Origin: Methanomassiliicoccales archaeon
Lineage (GTDB): Archaea > Thermoplasmatota > Thermoplasmata > Methanomassiliicoccales > UBA472
Direction: 5' to 3'
Assembly: GCA_035506675.1 (NCBI GenBank)
Contig: DATJOX010000059.1
Span: forward strand, 140,886 to 204,885
DNA: 64,000 nt
Shown here: in pieces, positions 33,524 through 44,828 of the stretch
How positions within the stretch are numbered: the stretch's first letter is position 1
Layout of the letters: every line of letters starts with the position of its first letter
Notes under the pieces: model-generated
What the model was told of the DNA's origin: nothing
Database searches by the model: none
Seen by the model: only the letters and a program-made list of their open reading frames with translations
Program-made: the position numbers and the translations under genes

Positions 33524-34543
33524 TCACGCCTTGCGCGAGCTGGTGGAGCCGACCAGGACAAGGTACGCCAGCAGAGACTCCAGCTGGATCCTTTCGTTGC
33601 TTCCCTCGACCAGGCGGAACTCGACCTCTCCCGCCCTGTCGACCAGCCTCACCTTCTCCAGGTCGGGGATCGCCAGGTCGAAGATCGCCTTGTGAATCTG
33701 CCTGATGATGTCTTCGCCCGAGAGCCCGTATGCGATCATCAGTTCGTCCAGCTGATTCCGCGCTCCGATGAAATCACCACTCAATGCTCTCTCAAGCAGC
33801 TTGCGCACCTCTTCTGGCTTGGCGGTACCAGTCATCTCGTAGATGACGTCGACCGTTATCTCCCGCCCGGAGGCCGCTGCCACCTGAAGCGAGTTCACCG
33901 CCTTGCGCATGTCGCCTCCGGCCACATGCACGATGGCATCCACGCCATCCTCTGACAGGTCAAGCTTCTCGTTCTTCGCTATCGTCTTCAGGTAACCCTT
34001 GACGTCGTCGGCCTTCAGTGGGCGGAATCTGAAGACCGCAGTCCTCGATTGGATCGGCTCGATGATGCGCGATGAGAAGTTGCAGGACAGGATGAAGCGG
34101 CAGGTCTTCGAGTAGCGCTCCATCGTTCGCCTGAGCGCTGCCTGAGCGTCCGAGGTGAGCGCATCCGCCTCGTCCAGGAAGATTATCTTGAAATCCGCTC
34201 CGGCTATCGGGGCGGTCCTGGCGAACTCCTTGATCTTGCCGCGAACGACATCGATTCCTCGCTCGTCCGAGGCGTTCAGCTCGACGAAGTTCGATTTCCA
34301 CATGTCGCCGAACATCTCCTTAGCCAAGGCCAGGGCGCAGGTCGTCTTTCCCGTCCCCGCGGGACCGGCGAACATCAGGTGCGGGATGTTCTGGGCCTTG
34401 ACGTATGCCTGAAGGCGCTCGACTATGTCCTTCTGGCCGATGACCTCCTTGAGCGCTTTCGGGCGGTACTTCTCGATCCAGATCTCCCGCATCTCTTTCA
34501 TCGCGCGCTTAAGCTCAATGGGCGGTGAAATACTTTGTCCCAT
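33524..34543 (-). CDS. rfcS: Replication factor C small subunit
   Basis: 339 aa. WIEKYRPK, Walker [14 protein letters not shown]-like [11 protein letters not shown]-region [17 protein letters not shown]. The box GTTAAAC (34567-34573, minus sense) sits about 27 nt upstream of the ATG at 34543. Confidence 0.92.
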   Translation of the reverse strand: MGQSISPPIELKRAMKEMREIWIEKYRPKALKEVIGQKDIVERLQAYVKAQNIPHLMFAGPAGTGKTTCALALAKEMFGDMWKSNFVELNASDERGIDVVRGKIKEFARTAPIAGADFKIIFLDEADALTSDAQAALRRTMERYSKTCRFILSCNFSSRIIEPIQSRTAVFRFRPLKADDVKGYLKTIAKNEKLDLSEDGVDAIVHVAGGDMRKAVNSLQVAAASGREITVDVIYEMTGTAKPEEVRKLLERALSGDFIGARNQLDELMIAYGLSGEDIIRQIHKAIFDLAIPDLEKVRLVDRAGEVEFRLVEGSNERIQLESLLAYLVLVGSTSSRKA

Positions 34544-34554
34544 GCGGCCCGAAG

Positions 34555-35517
34555 ATGAGTGGTGAAACGTTTAACTCGCGGCAATGGCTGTGGTGGAACG
34601 TGGCGACCTGCATCAAGTGCGACCGGGAGGCGATCACGTTCATCCGCTACAACGGCTCGCACCTCTGCGATAGGCACTTCCTAGAGTTCGTCGAGAAGCG
34701 CGTGCACAAGGAGGTCCGCCGGCAGGTCGACCTGAACGGAAAGCATCGGCTCGCTGTCGCGCTCTCCGGAGGCAAGGACAGCTCCGTCGCGCTCACCATC
34801 CTGCGCGAGTCGCTCCGGGGAAGGAGGGACCTTGAGCTGCTCGCGATCCTCGTGGACGAAGGAATCGTTTCGTACCGCCCGAAGACAATTGAGACCGCCG
34901 AGGCGCTCTGCAACCTACTAGATGTCGAGCTCCACGTCGTACGCCAGAAGGACGTCGTCGGCAAGACCATGGACGAGATAGCGCCGAGATGCGAAGACAA
35001 GACGCCTTGCTCCTATTGCGGCGTCATAAGGCGCAAGTGCATGAACAAGCTGGCACGGGAGCTGGGAGCGGACGTCCTCGCCACCGGCCTCAACCTCGAT
35101 GATACCGCCCAATCGATCCTCATGAACTTCACGAAGGGAGATGTGGAGAAGATGGCGAGGCTCGGGCCGCACACCCGCATCCAAGCGGGGCTCGTGCCCA
35201 GGATCCAGCCTCTGAGATCGATCCCGGAGAAGGAGTCATACCTCTACGCGATAGTCCGCGACCTTCCGTTCTCAGATGCCGAGTGCCCCTATGCAGAGGC
35301 GGCGATGCGCAACGAATATCGCCAGATAATCGACCAGCTGGAATCCAATCATCCGGGAACGAGACATTCAATAGTCGCGAGCTACGACGCGATCCAACCG
35401 CTGCTCGCGGAAGCGCACCCACCGGCCGAGCTGCACGAGTGCGAGTGCGGCGAGCCGACGAAGAACCCGCGCTGCAAGAGCTGCGAGATGCTCGAAGAAG
35501 TGAAGGGATGGAAGTAA
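34555..35517 (+). CDS. tRNA 2-thiolation PP-loop ATPase (TtuA/NcsA/Ctu1 family)
   Basis: About 320 aa from the ATG at 34555; a GTG at 34525 is also possible. N-terminal CxxC...C..H zinc finger, PP-loop ALSGGKDSSV, CSYCGVIRR, C-terminal CECG...CKSC. Confidence 0.8.
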   Translation: MSGETFNSRQWLWWNVATCIKCDREAITFIRYNGSHLCDRHFLEFVEKRVHKEVRRQVDLNGKHRLAVALSGGKDSSVALTILRESLRGRRDLELLAILVDEGIVSYRPKTIETAEALCNLLDVELHVVRQKDVVGKTMDEIAPRCEDKTPCSYCGVIRRKCMNKLARELGADVLATGLNLDDTAQSILMNFTKGDVEKMARLGPHTRIQAGLVPRIQPLRSIPEKESYLYAIVRDLPFSDAECPYAEAAMRNEYRQIIDQLESNHPGTRHSIVASYDAIQPLLAEAHPPAELHECECGEPTKNPRCKSCEMLEEVKGWK

Positions 35518-35523
35518 GGGGTT

Positions 35524-36801
35524 TCAGACGAGCTCGGGGTACTTGTACGCAGGCTTGCCAGCATGATAGCAGTATTGCACCGTCGCGAAGTGCTTCTTGA
35601 GCTCCTTCACGTCCTCCTTGACCTTTGCTGGAGCTTCCTTCTTCACTGCGACCCGGTGGATCAATGAGGCAACCTGTCTCATTTCCGACTCGGTCATGCC
35701 CAGGCGGGTCATCTCCTGCGTGCCGATGCGGATTCCAGAGGGTCTGATCGAGCTCTCGTCGCCAGGCAGCATGTTCTTGTTGGTGATGATGTTCGCCGCC
35801 TCGAGGTCCTTTGCCACCTGATCGCCGCCGCCGTGCTTGGAAACGTTGACCGCGATCGTATGCGACTTGGTGAACCCAAGGTTCGGGCAGAGGACATCCA
35901 TGCCCAGCTCATGCATCGCTTGGCCTAGGGCTTGAGAGTTGGCGACGATCTGCTTGGCGTAGGCCTTACCGAACTCCTCCATCTCGGCCATCGTGACCGC
36001 GAGCGCGGCCATGGCGTGGAGGTGGTGCGATGACGTAACGCCTGGGAACACCGCGCGCCTCAGCTTCTTCTCCTGGTCGTCCGTCAAGTTGTTGCCGAGC
36101 AGAAGGCCGTGGTTCGGGCCAGGGAACGTCTTGTGCGTCGACGACGAAACGATGTTCGCGCCCTCGTGCAACGGGTCCTGGAACTGCCCGCCGGCGATGA
36201 GACCGAGGACGTGCGCCGCATCGTACCAGACCGTGCACCCGATCTCTTGGAACGTGTCGCTGAGCTCCCTCAGAGGGACCGGGAACAAGAAGAGGGAAAG
36301 GCCGAACTGTGCGACCTTCGGCCTTGTCTGCAGCAAGACCTTTCGCGCGCCGTCGACGTCGATCGTCATCTTGCTTTCGTCCCAGGGGTAGTTGACCGTC
36401 TTGACGCCCCTGAGGCCGACCGCCCCGAACTGAGCGGTGGAGATGTGTGCGCCGTTGGCCAAGGCGGCGGTTGTGATCGTGTCGCCAGGCTCGGTGAAGG
36501 CGAAGAGGACGGCCATGTTCGCGACCGTGCCCGAGGTCGGGCGGGTGTCGACGAACGGCACTTTGAACAAGCGGGACCCAATCTCCATGCAGCGGCTCTC
36601 GACCTTGTCGACGTAGATGTTGCCTTGGTAGTACCGCTTGCCAGGCATTCCCTCGGCGTAGCGGTCGTGGAAGTCGGAGATCATCATTTCCTTCGCAAGC
36701 GGCGACATGAGGTTCTCCGACGCGATGGTCGGGATCGACTCCTCGAACCACTTGCTGTGTGCCTTCACTTGGTCCCTTATCCAGTAGGCATCGTCCTTCA
36801 T
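35524..36801 (-). CDS. glyA: Serine hydroxymethyltransferase
   Basis: 425 aa. PLP-lysine motif SSTHKTFPGPNHG. Confidence 0.93.
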   Translation of the reverse strand: MKDDAYWIRDQVKAHSKWFEESIPTIASENLMSPLAKEMMISDFHDRYAEGMPGKRYYQGNIYVDKVESRCMEIGSRLFKVPFVDTRPTSGTVANMAVLFAFTEPGDTITTAALANGAHISTAQFGAVGLRGVKTVNYPWDESKMTIDVDGARKVLLQTRPKVAQFGLSLFLFPVPLRELSDTFQEIGCTVWYDAAHVLGLIAGGQFQDPLHEGANIVSSSTHKTFPGPNHGLLLGNNLTDDQEKKLRRAVFPGVTSSHHLHAMAALAVTMAEMEEFGKAYAKQIVANSQALGQAMHELGMDVLCPNLGFTKSHTIAVNVSKHGGGDQVAKDLEAANIITNKNMLPGDESSIRPSGIRIGTQEMTRLGMTESEMRQVASLIHRVAVKKEAPAKVKEDVKELKKHFATVQYCYHAGKPAYKYPELV

Positions 36802-36960
36802 ACGGTCACGGAAACGGGATAATGGAGGGCTCTAAAATAGTTATCAGTGGGAGATTGACCAGGATGTGCACTTTGTAGCCCTAAGGAATCAGATTGCGGT
36901 AAGCCCCAGGAGAGCAATCATTGCGGGCTTTCGCAAGGAAGTTCTCAGGATTGGGGAGGC

Positions 36961-37998
36961 TCACTTCATCCGTTCTTTCAATGCCTGGATGGAAGAGACT
37001 GGGCTCGGATCCACGTTCCTGAGCACAGCCAAATAGAACGAGACAAGGTCCCCGAGGGCCACGCCCATCAACGATGTTTCGAGAAGACTTCTGCCGCTTA
37101 GCTCGACAACGATCGGGTCCAGCATCGATTCCCTCATCAATTGCGCCGACCCCTCGATCCGTTCCCCGATCTTCTTCGACGGCGCCGAGCTCCTTAGGAA
37201 TACCGGGACCATGTCCTTGCAGCGCTCTCCCTCCACCCATCCGACGATGTGATTGTGGTTCATCTCAGGATACTCGCCACTGAAAGCCAAAGTCTTCGAG
37301 TTCTCGTTGATCTGGGTCATCCACCGCATGGCGACCGAGCGAATCGTGCGCGGAGCGTAGATCACCGGCACCTTGCCGATCAAGCGCTCTGCGAGCCGCT
37401 TTGCCATGTTCGTCGCCGTCGGAACGCCAGGAGAGAGATTCTGGATCAGGTCGGCGACCGCAGGCACGGCCTTGCTAAGGTCGCGCCGCGCAGGAGCGAC
37501 ATCAGCCTCATCGATTACGACGCCAGTTGCGCCGAGGAGGTAACCCAGAGCAGCGCGCGGCTGCGCTCCGGAGGGCACCTTCATGTTCGGCACGCCCTCG
37601 GCCTCCATCCTCTCTAGAAGCTTGCCTCCCGAAGTGATTCCGAACAAGGAAGAACCGCGCTTCTTGGCGACATCGTACAATTCTAGCGTCTCCCATGTGT
37701 TCCCCGAGTAGCTCATGAACACGGTCAGGGTGTGCTCGTCCACCCATTTCGGTAGGTCGAGGCCCCGCACCACGGTAATGGGTATCTCAGAGATCTCGGC
37801 GCAGTAGTCGGAGAGTATGTCCGCGCCAATCGCGGAGCCGCCCATGCCGACAACGCACACCTTCTCCGCAGGCCCCTCCACCCCCGCAGGCACCTGAAGC
37901 ATCTCCCCGATCATCGAGGGGAACGCAAGCATCTGCTGCAACATCCCGGACTTGTCAACCTCGGCGATCCTTTCCCTCTGGTCCAGGGGGCCCGACAT
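36961..37998 (-). CDS. Bifunctional phosphoglucose/phosphomannose isomerase (SIS domains)
   Basis: 345 aa. Archaeal PGI/PMI pattern (VVGMGGSAIGADIL..., SYSGNTWETL). TTATAA (38022-38027) sits about 27 nt upstream of the ATG. Confidence 0.85.
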   Translation of the reverse strand: MSGPLDQRERIAEVDKSGMLQQMLAFPSMIGEMLQVPAGVEGPAEKVCVVGMGGSAIGADILSDYCAEISEIPITVVRGLDLPKWVDEHTLTVFMSYSGNTWETLELYDVAKKRGSSLFGITSGGKLLERMEAEGVPNMKVPSGAQPRAALGYLLGATGVVIDEADVAPARRDLSKAVPAVADLIQNLSPGVPTATNMAKRLAERLIGKVPVIYAPRTIRSVAMRWMTQINENSKTLAFSGEYPEMNHNHIVGWVEGERCKDMVPVFLRSSAPSKKIGERIEGSAQLMRESMLDPIVVELSGRSLLETSLMGVALGDLVSFYLAVLRNVDPSPVSSIQALKERMK

Positions 37999-38107
37999 GC
38001 CGAGTGAATCAGACTCATTGCTTATAAGGGGTGCAGCCTAGTTGCGACGTCTCGCGAATCTGCTGGCTCGCACGCACTTCTACTCCCGGGTTGGTAGTTA
38101 CAAAGAG

Positions 38108-38115
38108 ATTAATAT
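38108..38115 (+). promoter_or_regulatory. TATA-like box (ATTAATAT) about 31 nt upstream of ribB
   Basis: An A/T block in the GC-rich divergent intergenic region between the PGI gene and ribB. Confidence 0.4.
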
Positions 38116-38142
38116 CGTCACCTAGGATTCTGCGGGGAAGCC

Positions 38143-38846
38143 ATGTCCACTGCGGTCGACAAAGCGATCGATTGCCTCAAGGAAGGCCGGTTCGTCCTCG
38201 TGTACGATTTCGACAATCGCGAGCGCGAGACGGACATGGTGATCGCCTCGGAGTTCGTGACCCCCGCGGCAATCAGGACGATGAGGAAGGATGCGGGCGG
38301 GTTGATCTGCACGACCGCGAGCTTCGAGATCTCGCAGAAGCTGCACCTGCCGTTCCTTGTGGACGTCCTGGCATGCAACTACCGCAGCCATCCAATGCTC
38401 AAAAAGCTCGCGCCCAATGACATTCCTTACGATACCAAGTCGGCGTTCTCGATCACCATCAATCATCGAAAGACGTTCACTGGCATCACGGACAACGACC
38501 GAGCGATGACCACTTCTGAATTCGCGAAGCTGGCTCGGTTCGCTCTGAACAACGGGGAGGAAGCCGCGAGGGACGAGTTCGGCCGCAACTTCCGCTCGCC
38601 CGGGCACGTGCATCTTCTCAACTCCAGCAAGGAGCTACTAGTGGCGCGCAAGGGGCACACCGAGCTCTGCACCGCTCTGGTGACGATGGCCAAGCTCACG
38701 CCCACCGCCACGATCTGCGAGATGATGGGAGACGATGGCAATGCCCTCACCAAAGAGAAGGCGAGGGAATACGCCAAGAACCACAACCTCTGCTTCCTGG
38801 AAGGGCAGGAGATCATCGACGCCTGGAGAGGCGCAGGGAGCGCCAA

Positions 38847-38850
<4 letters not shown>
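38143..38850 (+). CDS. ribB: 3,4-dihydroxy-2-butanone-4-phosphate synthase
   Basis: 235 aa. Archaeal RibB motifs (VLVYDFDNRERETDMVIASE, GGLICT, RSPGHVHLL). Confidence 0.9.
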
Positions 38851-39763
<913 letters not shown>

Positions 39764-39767
39764 GAGA

Positions 39768-40175
39768 ATGAAGAAGTACAACATCGGAGTGGTGATGTCG
39801 GAGTTCAACTTCGACATCACGTCAATGATGCTGGAACGGGCGAAGGCGCACGCGCAGTTCCTGGATGTCAACATCGCGAAGGTGATGACGGTCCCGGGCG
39901 TGTTCGACATGCCCTTGGCCGTGAAGAGGCTCGTGCGGGACAAGTCGATCGACGGCGTGATCACGCTCGGAGCGGTCATCGAGGGCGAGACCGACCATGA
40001 CCAGATCGTGATGCAGAACGCCGCGAGGAAGATCGCCGACCTGGCGGTGGAGTATGACAAGCCAGTGACGCTGGGAATCAGCGGGCCGGGCGAGACGCGA
40101 CTTCAGGCGCAGGACCGTATCGAGAAGGGCCGCGACGCGCTCGAGAGCTGCGTGAAGCTGCTTCGACTGGAGTAG
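39768..40175 (+). CDS. ribH: 6,7-dimethyl-8-ribityllumazine synthase
   Basis: 135 aa. Lumazine synthase pattern (VVMSEFNFDIT...VPGVFDMPLAVKRL...DGVITLGAVIEGETDH). Confidence 0.9.
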   Translation: MKKYNIGVVMSEFNFDITSMMLERAKAHAQFLDVNIAKVMTVPGVFDMPLAVKRLVRDKSIDGVITLGAVIEGETDHDQIVMQNAARKIADLAVEYDKPVTLGISGPGETRLQAQDRIEKGRDALESCVKLLRLE

Positions 40176-40232
40176 AAGAAACGAGAAAGCCGATGAGGCG
40201 AGGTCGCTCGTCCATCGGCGAGATTGGTTTTT

Positions 40233-41459
40233 CTACGCGTTCTTGCGCATGAAACTGTCCACGCGGTTGAACGCGTCATCGAGGACTTCAACCGGCGGCA
40301 GGAACACAGACCGGAAGTGCCAGGCGCCGTAGGTCGTGTCGAAACCGGAGCCGTGAACGAAGAGCACGTGCGTCTCCTTGAGCACGTCGAGCACCCAATC
40401 CTTGTCAGACTTCCACTTCTTCGATTCGATCCTCGGGAACATGTAGAAGGCGCCCTTGGGCTTGGTCGTGCTGATGCCCTTGATCTCGTTCAGCCTGCGG
40501 TGCGCGAACTCGCCGCGCTCCTTGAGCTTGCGCCGCGTGACCTCCATGTGGTCCTGCGGACCCTTCAAGGCCTCGATGACCGCCAGCTGACATGGATGGT
40601 TCGCACACAGCCTTAGACGAAGCTGCTTCACGAACCCCTCGCGGATCTCGTCCATCTTGCCGTTCGGGTCGCGGAAGCACGAATAGCCGAGCCTCCAGCC
40701 CGGGAGCAAATCGACCTTCGAGAATCCGTTGAACAGAATCACCGGAAGATCGGGCGCGAGCGTAGCGGGGGAGTGGTGCTCTCCCTCGAACGTCATCAGG
40801 TCGTAGATCTCATCGGACATGATGAACATGTCATGCTCGCCGGCGATGTCCGTCATGCCCTTCAGGATCTTGCGCGAGTAGAGCGCTCCGGTCGGGTTGT
40901 TCGGATTGATGATGACCATCGACTTAGTCTTGCTGCTGACCTTCTTGCGAATGTCGTCGAGGTCGGGCTGCCAGTCGTTCGCCTCGTCGGTCTTGTAGGC
41001 GACCGGCGTCCCGCCGAAGTATTTGACGTACTCGATGTAGGATGGATACGAAGGACCGGGAACGAGCACCTCATCACCAGGGTTCACCGAGGCCGCCATC
41101 ATGTCGAGGATGCTCTCGCTCACGCCGTTCGTGATGTAGATGTCCTCCGGGGTGACGTCGATCTTGTTCTTCTTGCGTTCCTTTTGCATAAGGGCCTCGC
41201 GCAGCTCGTGCACGCCCTCCTCGGCAGTGTACCCGTTGTCGCACTCCTCCACCGCCCTGCAAAGTGCTGCGCGAACGTGCTTCGGGGTCTCGAAGTCCCA
41301 CTTATTGGGGTCCCCGATGTTGAGCTTCACAATCTTCACGCCTTGCTTCTCCAGCTCCCTTGCGGGGACCGTGACTTCGCGGATGGCGTAGTCGATGTTC
41401 AGCGCACGTTGCGTGGCCCGCATGACAATCCGTCTCAGGGCGGTTAGTAACGTACTCAT
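40233..41459 (-). CDS. Class I/II PLP-dependent aminotransferase (alanine/aspartate aminotransferase-like)
   Basis: 408 aa; the start could instead be the internal ATG at 41423. LNIGDP, NPNNPTG, SFSKV-type lysine region (NGFSKVDLLPGWRLGY). Confidence 0.88.
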   Translation of the reverse strand: MSTLLTALRRIVMRATQRALNIDYAIREVTVPARELEKQGVKIVKLNIGDPNKWDFETPKHVRAALCRAVEECDNGYTAEEGVHELREALMQKERKKNKIDVTPEDIYITNGVSESILDMMAASVNPGDEVLVPGPSYPSYIEYVKYFGGTPVAYKTDEANDWQPDLDDIRKKVSSKTKSMVIINPNNPTGALYSRKILKGMTDIAGEHDMFIMSDEIYDLMTFEGEHHSPATLAPDLPVILFNGFSKVDLLPGWRLGYSCFRDPNGKMDEIREGFVKQLRLRLCANHPCQLAVIEALKGPQDHMEVTRRKLKERGEFAHRRLNEIKGISTTKPKGAFYMFPRIESKKWKSDKDWVLDVLKETHVLFVHGSGFDTTYGAWHFRSVFLPPVEVLDDAFNRVDSFMRKNA

Positions 41460-41535
41460 ATTTCAGTGATTCGTACCAGTCGCCTGGGGCTCACCAGAGC
41501 AGGTTTTAATAGTCGCCCGCTAACTCGCGGGCTGA

Positions 41536-43461
41536 ATGAGCCTGGTGATGTTGGGCAAGCTCGTCCTGCGCTGGTGTAGGGAATGCAACCTGCCGGTGCT
41601 GGAGGACGAACGGTGCGGGAGATGCGGCGGCGCAACATACGAAGTGAAGCTGACCCCTCCGGGCGACGTTAGACCGGCGTTCGCGAAGGACCTCGATACG
41701 ATCAGGTCGGTCATCGACAAGCAGTTCGGGAAGGGCACTGGCGAGGCGGTTCTTCCCGATTCAGAGATCTTCATTCTGAACAAGATCCCCGCCATCGACC
41801 GGATGGAGGAGGTGATCGGCGAAGGCGAGGTGATTGGCACCCTCAGGTACGACCTCGGCAGAGGGTACCGCTTCCTGAGCCGCATGCCCGCCGCCAGGAG
41901 GATGCAGGGGCGGATGTCGCGAGGCTTCGTGCGCGCCGAGGAAGGCGCGGTCCCGTTCATTCTCCAAGGCCTGAACCTGATGGCCCCAGGGGTCGCAGAT
42001 GTGCATGAGGAGGTCGTGGCGGGCGACGAGGTGGTCGTTATCGACCCTCAGAGCAGAGCGATATGCACCGGGACCGCAAGGATGTCCGCATCGGCGCTCG
42101 CTATCGAGAAGAAGGGGCTCGCGGTGAAGGCGAGATGGCAGGCGGAGCCACAGAGCTCGCACGACGCTCGCACGCCAACGTCCTGGAACGACGCCATCGA
42201 AGCGAACAAGCAGGCGATGTCGAGGCGCGTGGACGAAGCGGTCACGTTCATTCACCGGACGATCGAGAAGTACGACCTCCCGACGATGGTCTCCTTCTCG
42301 GGAGGAAAGGACTCTCTTGCCACGCTTCTCCTCACTCTCGACGCGAAGCTAGACCTTCCTGTCTTCTTCGTGAACACCGGTCTTGAATTCCCGGAGACGG
42401 TAGAGCACGTAAGGGCAGTTGCCATAAGACACGGACTGGGGCTGATCGAAGAGACAGCCCCGGAGGCCGCTTTCTTCGGAAACCTAGACTACTTCGGCCC
42501 GCCTGGTCGGGACTTCCGATGGTGCTGCAAGACCAACAAGCTCGGGCCGACAGTGAGCGCCATCCTCAAGCACTACCCCGAAGGCGTGCTCTCGTTCATC
42601 GGACAGAGGAGGTACGAATCCGAGCAGAGGGCCGACAAGCCCCGCGTCTGGAAGAACCCTTGGACCCCCGGACAGATAGGCGCCTCGCCAATCCAGGATT
42701 GGACCGCGCTGCATGTCTGGCTCTACATCTTCTCGAAAGGGGAAGCGTACAATGTCTGGTACGACCGGGGGTTGGATAGGATCGGCTGCTATCTCTGTCC
42801 CGCGTCGGATGTCGCCGAGACGCAGATCGTGCTCCAAGACTTCCCCGGCTCAAATCACTACATCGCCTATCTCAGGAATTATGCGGATAAGCGGGGACTC
42901 CCTGAAGCGTGGCTGAGGTTCGCCCTCCATCGGTGGAGACGACTTCCTGACTCGGTGCGCAAGGAGCTGGAAACGCTCGGAATAGGTCCAGAGGAGCTGC
43001 GCGCGAAGGCAACGAGCGTGAGCGACGACAGCTCCCTGAGGCTGAAGATGCAGTCTGGAGCAAGTCCCTGCGTGCTCGGATTCAGCATCGAGGGTGCGTT
43101 CAATCGCGCGATCGATCTGAGCAGGGCCGCCGAGCTCCTCAATCAGGCCGGGGAGGTCAGCTTGAACGAGGAGGAAGGCTGGTGCTTCGTGAACAACGTC
43201 CGACTGTTCGCCGAAGGCGCGCTGGTCGCGAAGGGGAAGGACCAGCAAGAGATCAGAAAGAATGTAGAAAGGGTGCGGCGAGCGGTGGTCAAGGCCGAGG
43301 AGTGCGTCGGGTGCGGGGTCTGCATCGCCAAATGCGATGAGGGTGCACTCACGCTGGTCCAGGGCAGGGTCCACTTATCCAAGGATCTCTGCATCCACTG
43401 TGGCAGATGCATCGAGCCCTGCCCTGCACTGGCTTTCGGCGATTCCGCTTTCGAGATGTGA
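41536..43461 (+). CDS. Multidomain PAPS-reductase-family protein (Zn ribbon, PUA, PP-loop/PAPS_reduct and 2x[4Fe-4S] ferredoxin)
   Basis: 641 aa. N-terminal CRECN...CGRCG, a PUA-like region, SFSGGKDSLA, and C-terminal CVGCGVCIAKC...CIHCGRCIEPCP. Confidence 0.75.
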   Translation: MSLVMLGKLVLRWCRECNLPVLEDERCGRCGGATYEVKLTPPGDVRPAFAKDLDTIRSVIDKQFGKGTGEAVLPDSEIFILNKIPAIDRMEEVIGEGEVIGTLRYDLGRGYRFLSRMPAARRMQGRMSRGFVRAEEGAVPFILQGLNLMAPGVADVHEEVVAGDEVVVIDPQSRAICTGTARMSASALAIEKKGLAVKARWQAEPQSSHDARTPTSWNDAIEANKQAMSRRVDEAVTFIHRTIEKYDLPTMVSFSGGKDSLATLLLTLDAKLDLPVFFVNTGLEFPETVEHVRAVAIRHGLGLIEETAPEAAFFGNLDYFGPPGRDFRWCCKTNKLGPTVSAILKHYPEGVLSFIGQRRYESEQRADKPRVWKNPWTPGQIGASPIQDWTALHVWLYIFSKGEAYNVWYDRGLDRIGCYLCPASDVAETQIVLQDFPGSNHYIAYLRNYADKRGLPEAWLRFALHRWRRLPDSVRKELETLGIGPEELRAKATSVSDDSSLRLKMQSGASPCVLGFSIEGAFNRAIDLSRAAELLNQAGEVSLNEEEGWCFVNNVRLFAEGALVAKGKDQQEIRKNVERVRRAVVKAEECVGCGVCIAKCDEGALTLVQGRVHLSKDLCIHCGRCIEPCPALAFGDSAFEM

Positions 43462-43533
43462 AACGACGGCCTTGCGGCCGCCGCGTCACTGGACGCACGC
43501 TCGAATGCCCCCTCCGCTCGGCACCCAGTTTGC

Positions 43534-44730
43534 CTAGCGGACGAAGTCTATGCCGTCGTCCTCGTCCCTGCGAGCGCCACCGGATGGGGCGGGACCGCCG
43601 CCGACCTTCGGCCTCGGCTGATCCATCACTCCGAGCTTCCCGCGGCCGTCGTCCTTCCCGAGCATGTACTTCGACTGCGCCCCGGTCAGGATGAGCAGGA
43701 TCTTGATGGTGCCTTCGAGCTCTGGCTCGATTGAGCATCCCCAGATGATCCTCGCCCGGTCCGCGACGCTGCTCGTGACGATCTCCGCCGCCTTCTGCGC
43801 CTCGCCGACGGTCATGTCCGGTCCGCCGACGACGCGGATGAGCGCGCCAGCAGCCTGCTTCAGGTTGATCTCTCCGAGCAGCGGGCTGTGCAGCGCCTCA
43901 TTGACGGCAGACTTCACACGGTCGTCGTCGTCAGCGTTCGCTTCGCCGATGCCCACGAAGGCGACGCCGCCTTCGTTCATGACGGTCATTATGTCAGCGT
44001 AGTCGAGGTTCACGAGACCTGGCTTCGTTATGATCTCGGTCAGGCCCTTGATCGTCTGCATGAGGACTTCATCGGCGACCTTGAACGCCGCATCAACTGG
44101 CAGCTTCGGAACGAGCTCCAGGAGCTTGTCGTTCGGGATGACGATGGTGGTGTCGGTGATGCGCCTGAGCTTGTCCAGCCCGGCCATCGCGTTCTCCATG
44201 CGCACCGTTCCTTCGGCCTTGAATGGAAGAGTGACGACCCCGATGGTGAGCGCGCGGATCTGCTCCTTCGCGATGCGCGCGACATAGTGAGCGGAACCGG
44301 TGCCGGTGCCGCCTCCCATACCGGCGGTCACGAAGACGATGTTCGCGCCGTTCAGGAACTCACGGATCTCCATGTCGTTCTCGCGCGCCGCCTGTTCCCC
44401 GACCTCGGGGATGGCACCGGCACCGAGACCTCTCGTCGCGGTCTTCCCGATCAGGATCTTCTTCGGGGCGCGGATGGTCAGCAGGTGCTTCGCGTCCGTG
44501 TTGATCGCGCACAGCTGCGCGCCGCTGATCCCCGCGTCGACGCAGCGGTTGATGGTGTTCGAGCCGCCTCCACCGCAACCGACTATCTTGATGCAGACGT
44601 CGAGCTGCGAGGCGATCTTCTTCAGCTCCTCGTCCACCGCGGAGTTCGCCGCAGGGGCGGGTTGCGCAGTCGCTTTCTCCTTATCGTCCTTGTAGTTGGC
44701 TAGAGCATTCTTTACCAACGAATTTGGCAT
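43534..44730 (-). CDS. ftsZ: Cell division GTPase FtsZ
   Basis: 398 aa from the ATG at 44730. [12 protein letters not shown] and the tubulin signature [11 protein letters not shown]. The longer track ORF (to 44862) is rejected. Confidence 0.93.
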   Translation of the reverse strand: MPNSLVKNALANYKDDKEKATAQPAPAANSAVDEELKKIASQLDVCIKIVGCGGGGSNTINRCVDAGISGAQLCAINTDAKHLLTIRAPKKILIGKTATRGLGAGAIPEVGEQAARENDMEIREFLNGANIVFVTAGMGGGTGTGSAHYVARIAKEQIRALTIGVVTLPFKAEGTVRMENAMAGLDKLRRITDTTIVIPNDKLLELVPKLPVDAAFKVADEVLMQTIKGLTEIITKPGLVNLDYADIMTVMNEGGVAFVGIGEANADDDDRVKSAVNEALHSPLLGEINLKQAAGALIRVVGGPDMTVGEAQKAAEIVTSSVADRARIIWGCSIEPELEGTIKILLILTGAQSKYMLGKDDGRGKLGVMDQPRPKVGGGPAPSGGARRDEDDGIDFVR

Positions 44731-44767
44731 GAGTGCATCCCTCTGCCTACGAGAACGCCTATCCTGG

Positions 44768-44777
44768 ATATAAATAT
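44768..44777 (-). promoter_or_regulatory. TATA box (ATATTTATAT, minus sense) upstream of ftsZ
   Basis: An A/T decamer about 42 nt upstream of the ftsZ ATG. A GAGGGATG Shine-Dalgarno-like element lies between them. Confidence 0.45.
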
Positions 44778-44828
44778 TGTGTGCATCCAGTAGTTTTCTG
44801 CGACTATCTGGATTGAACGAAATTCCGC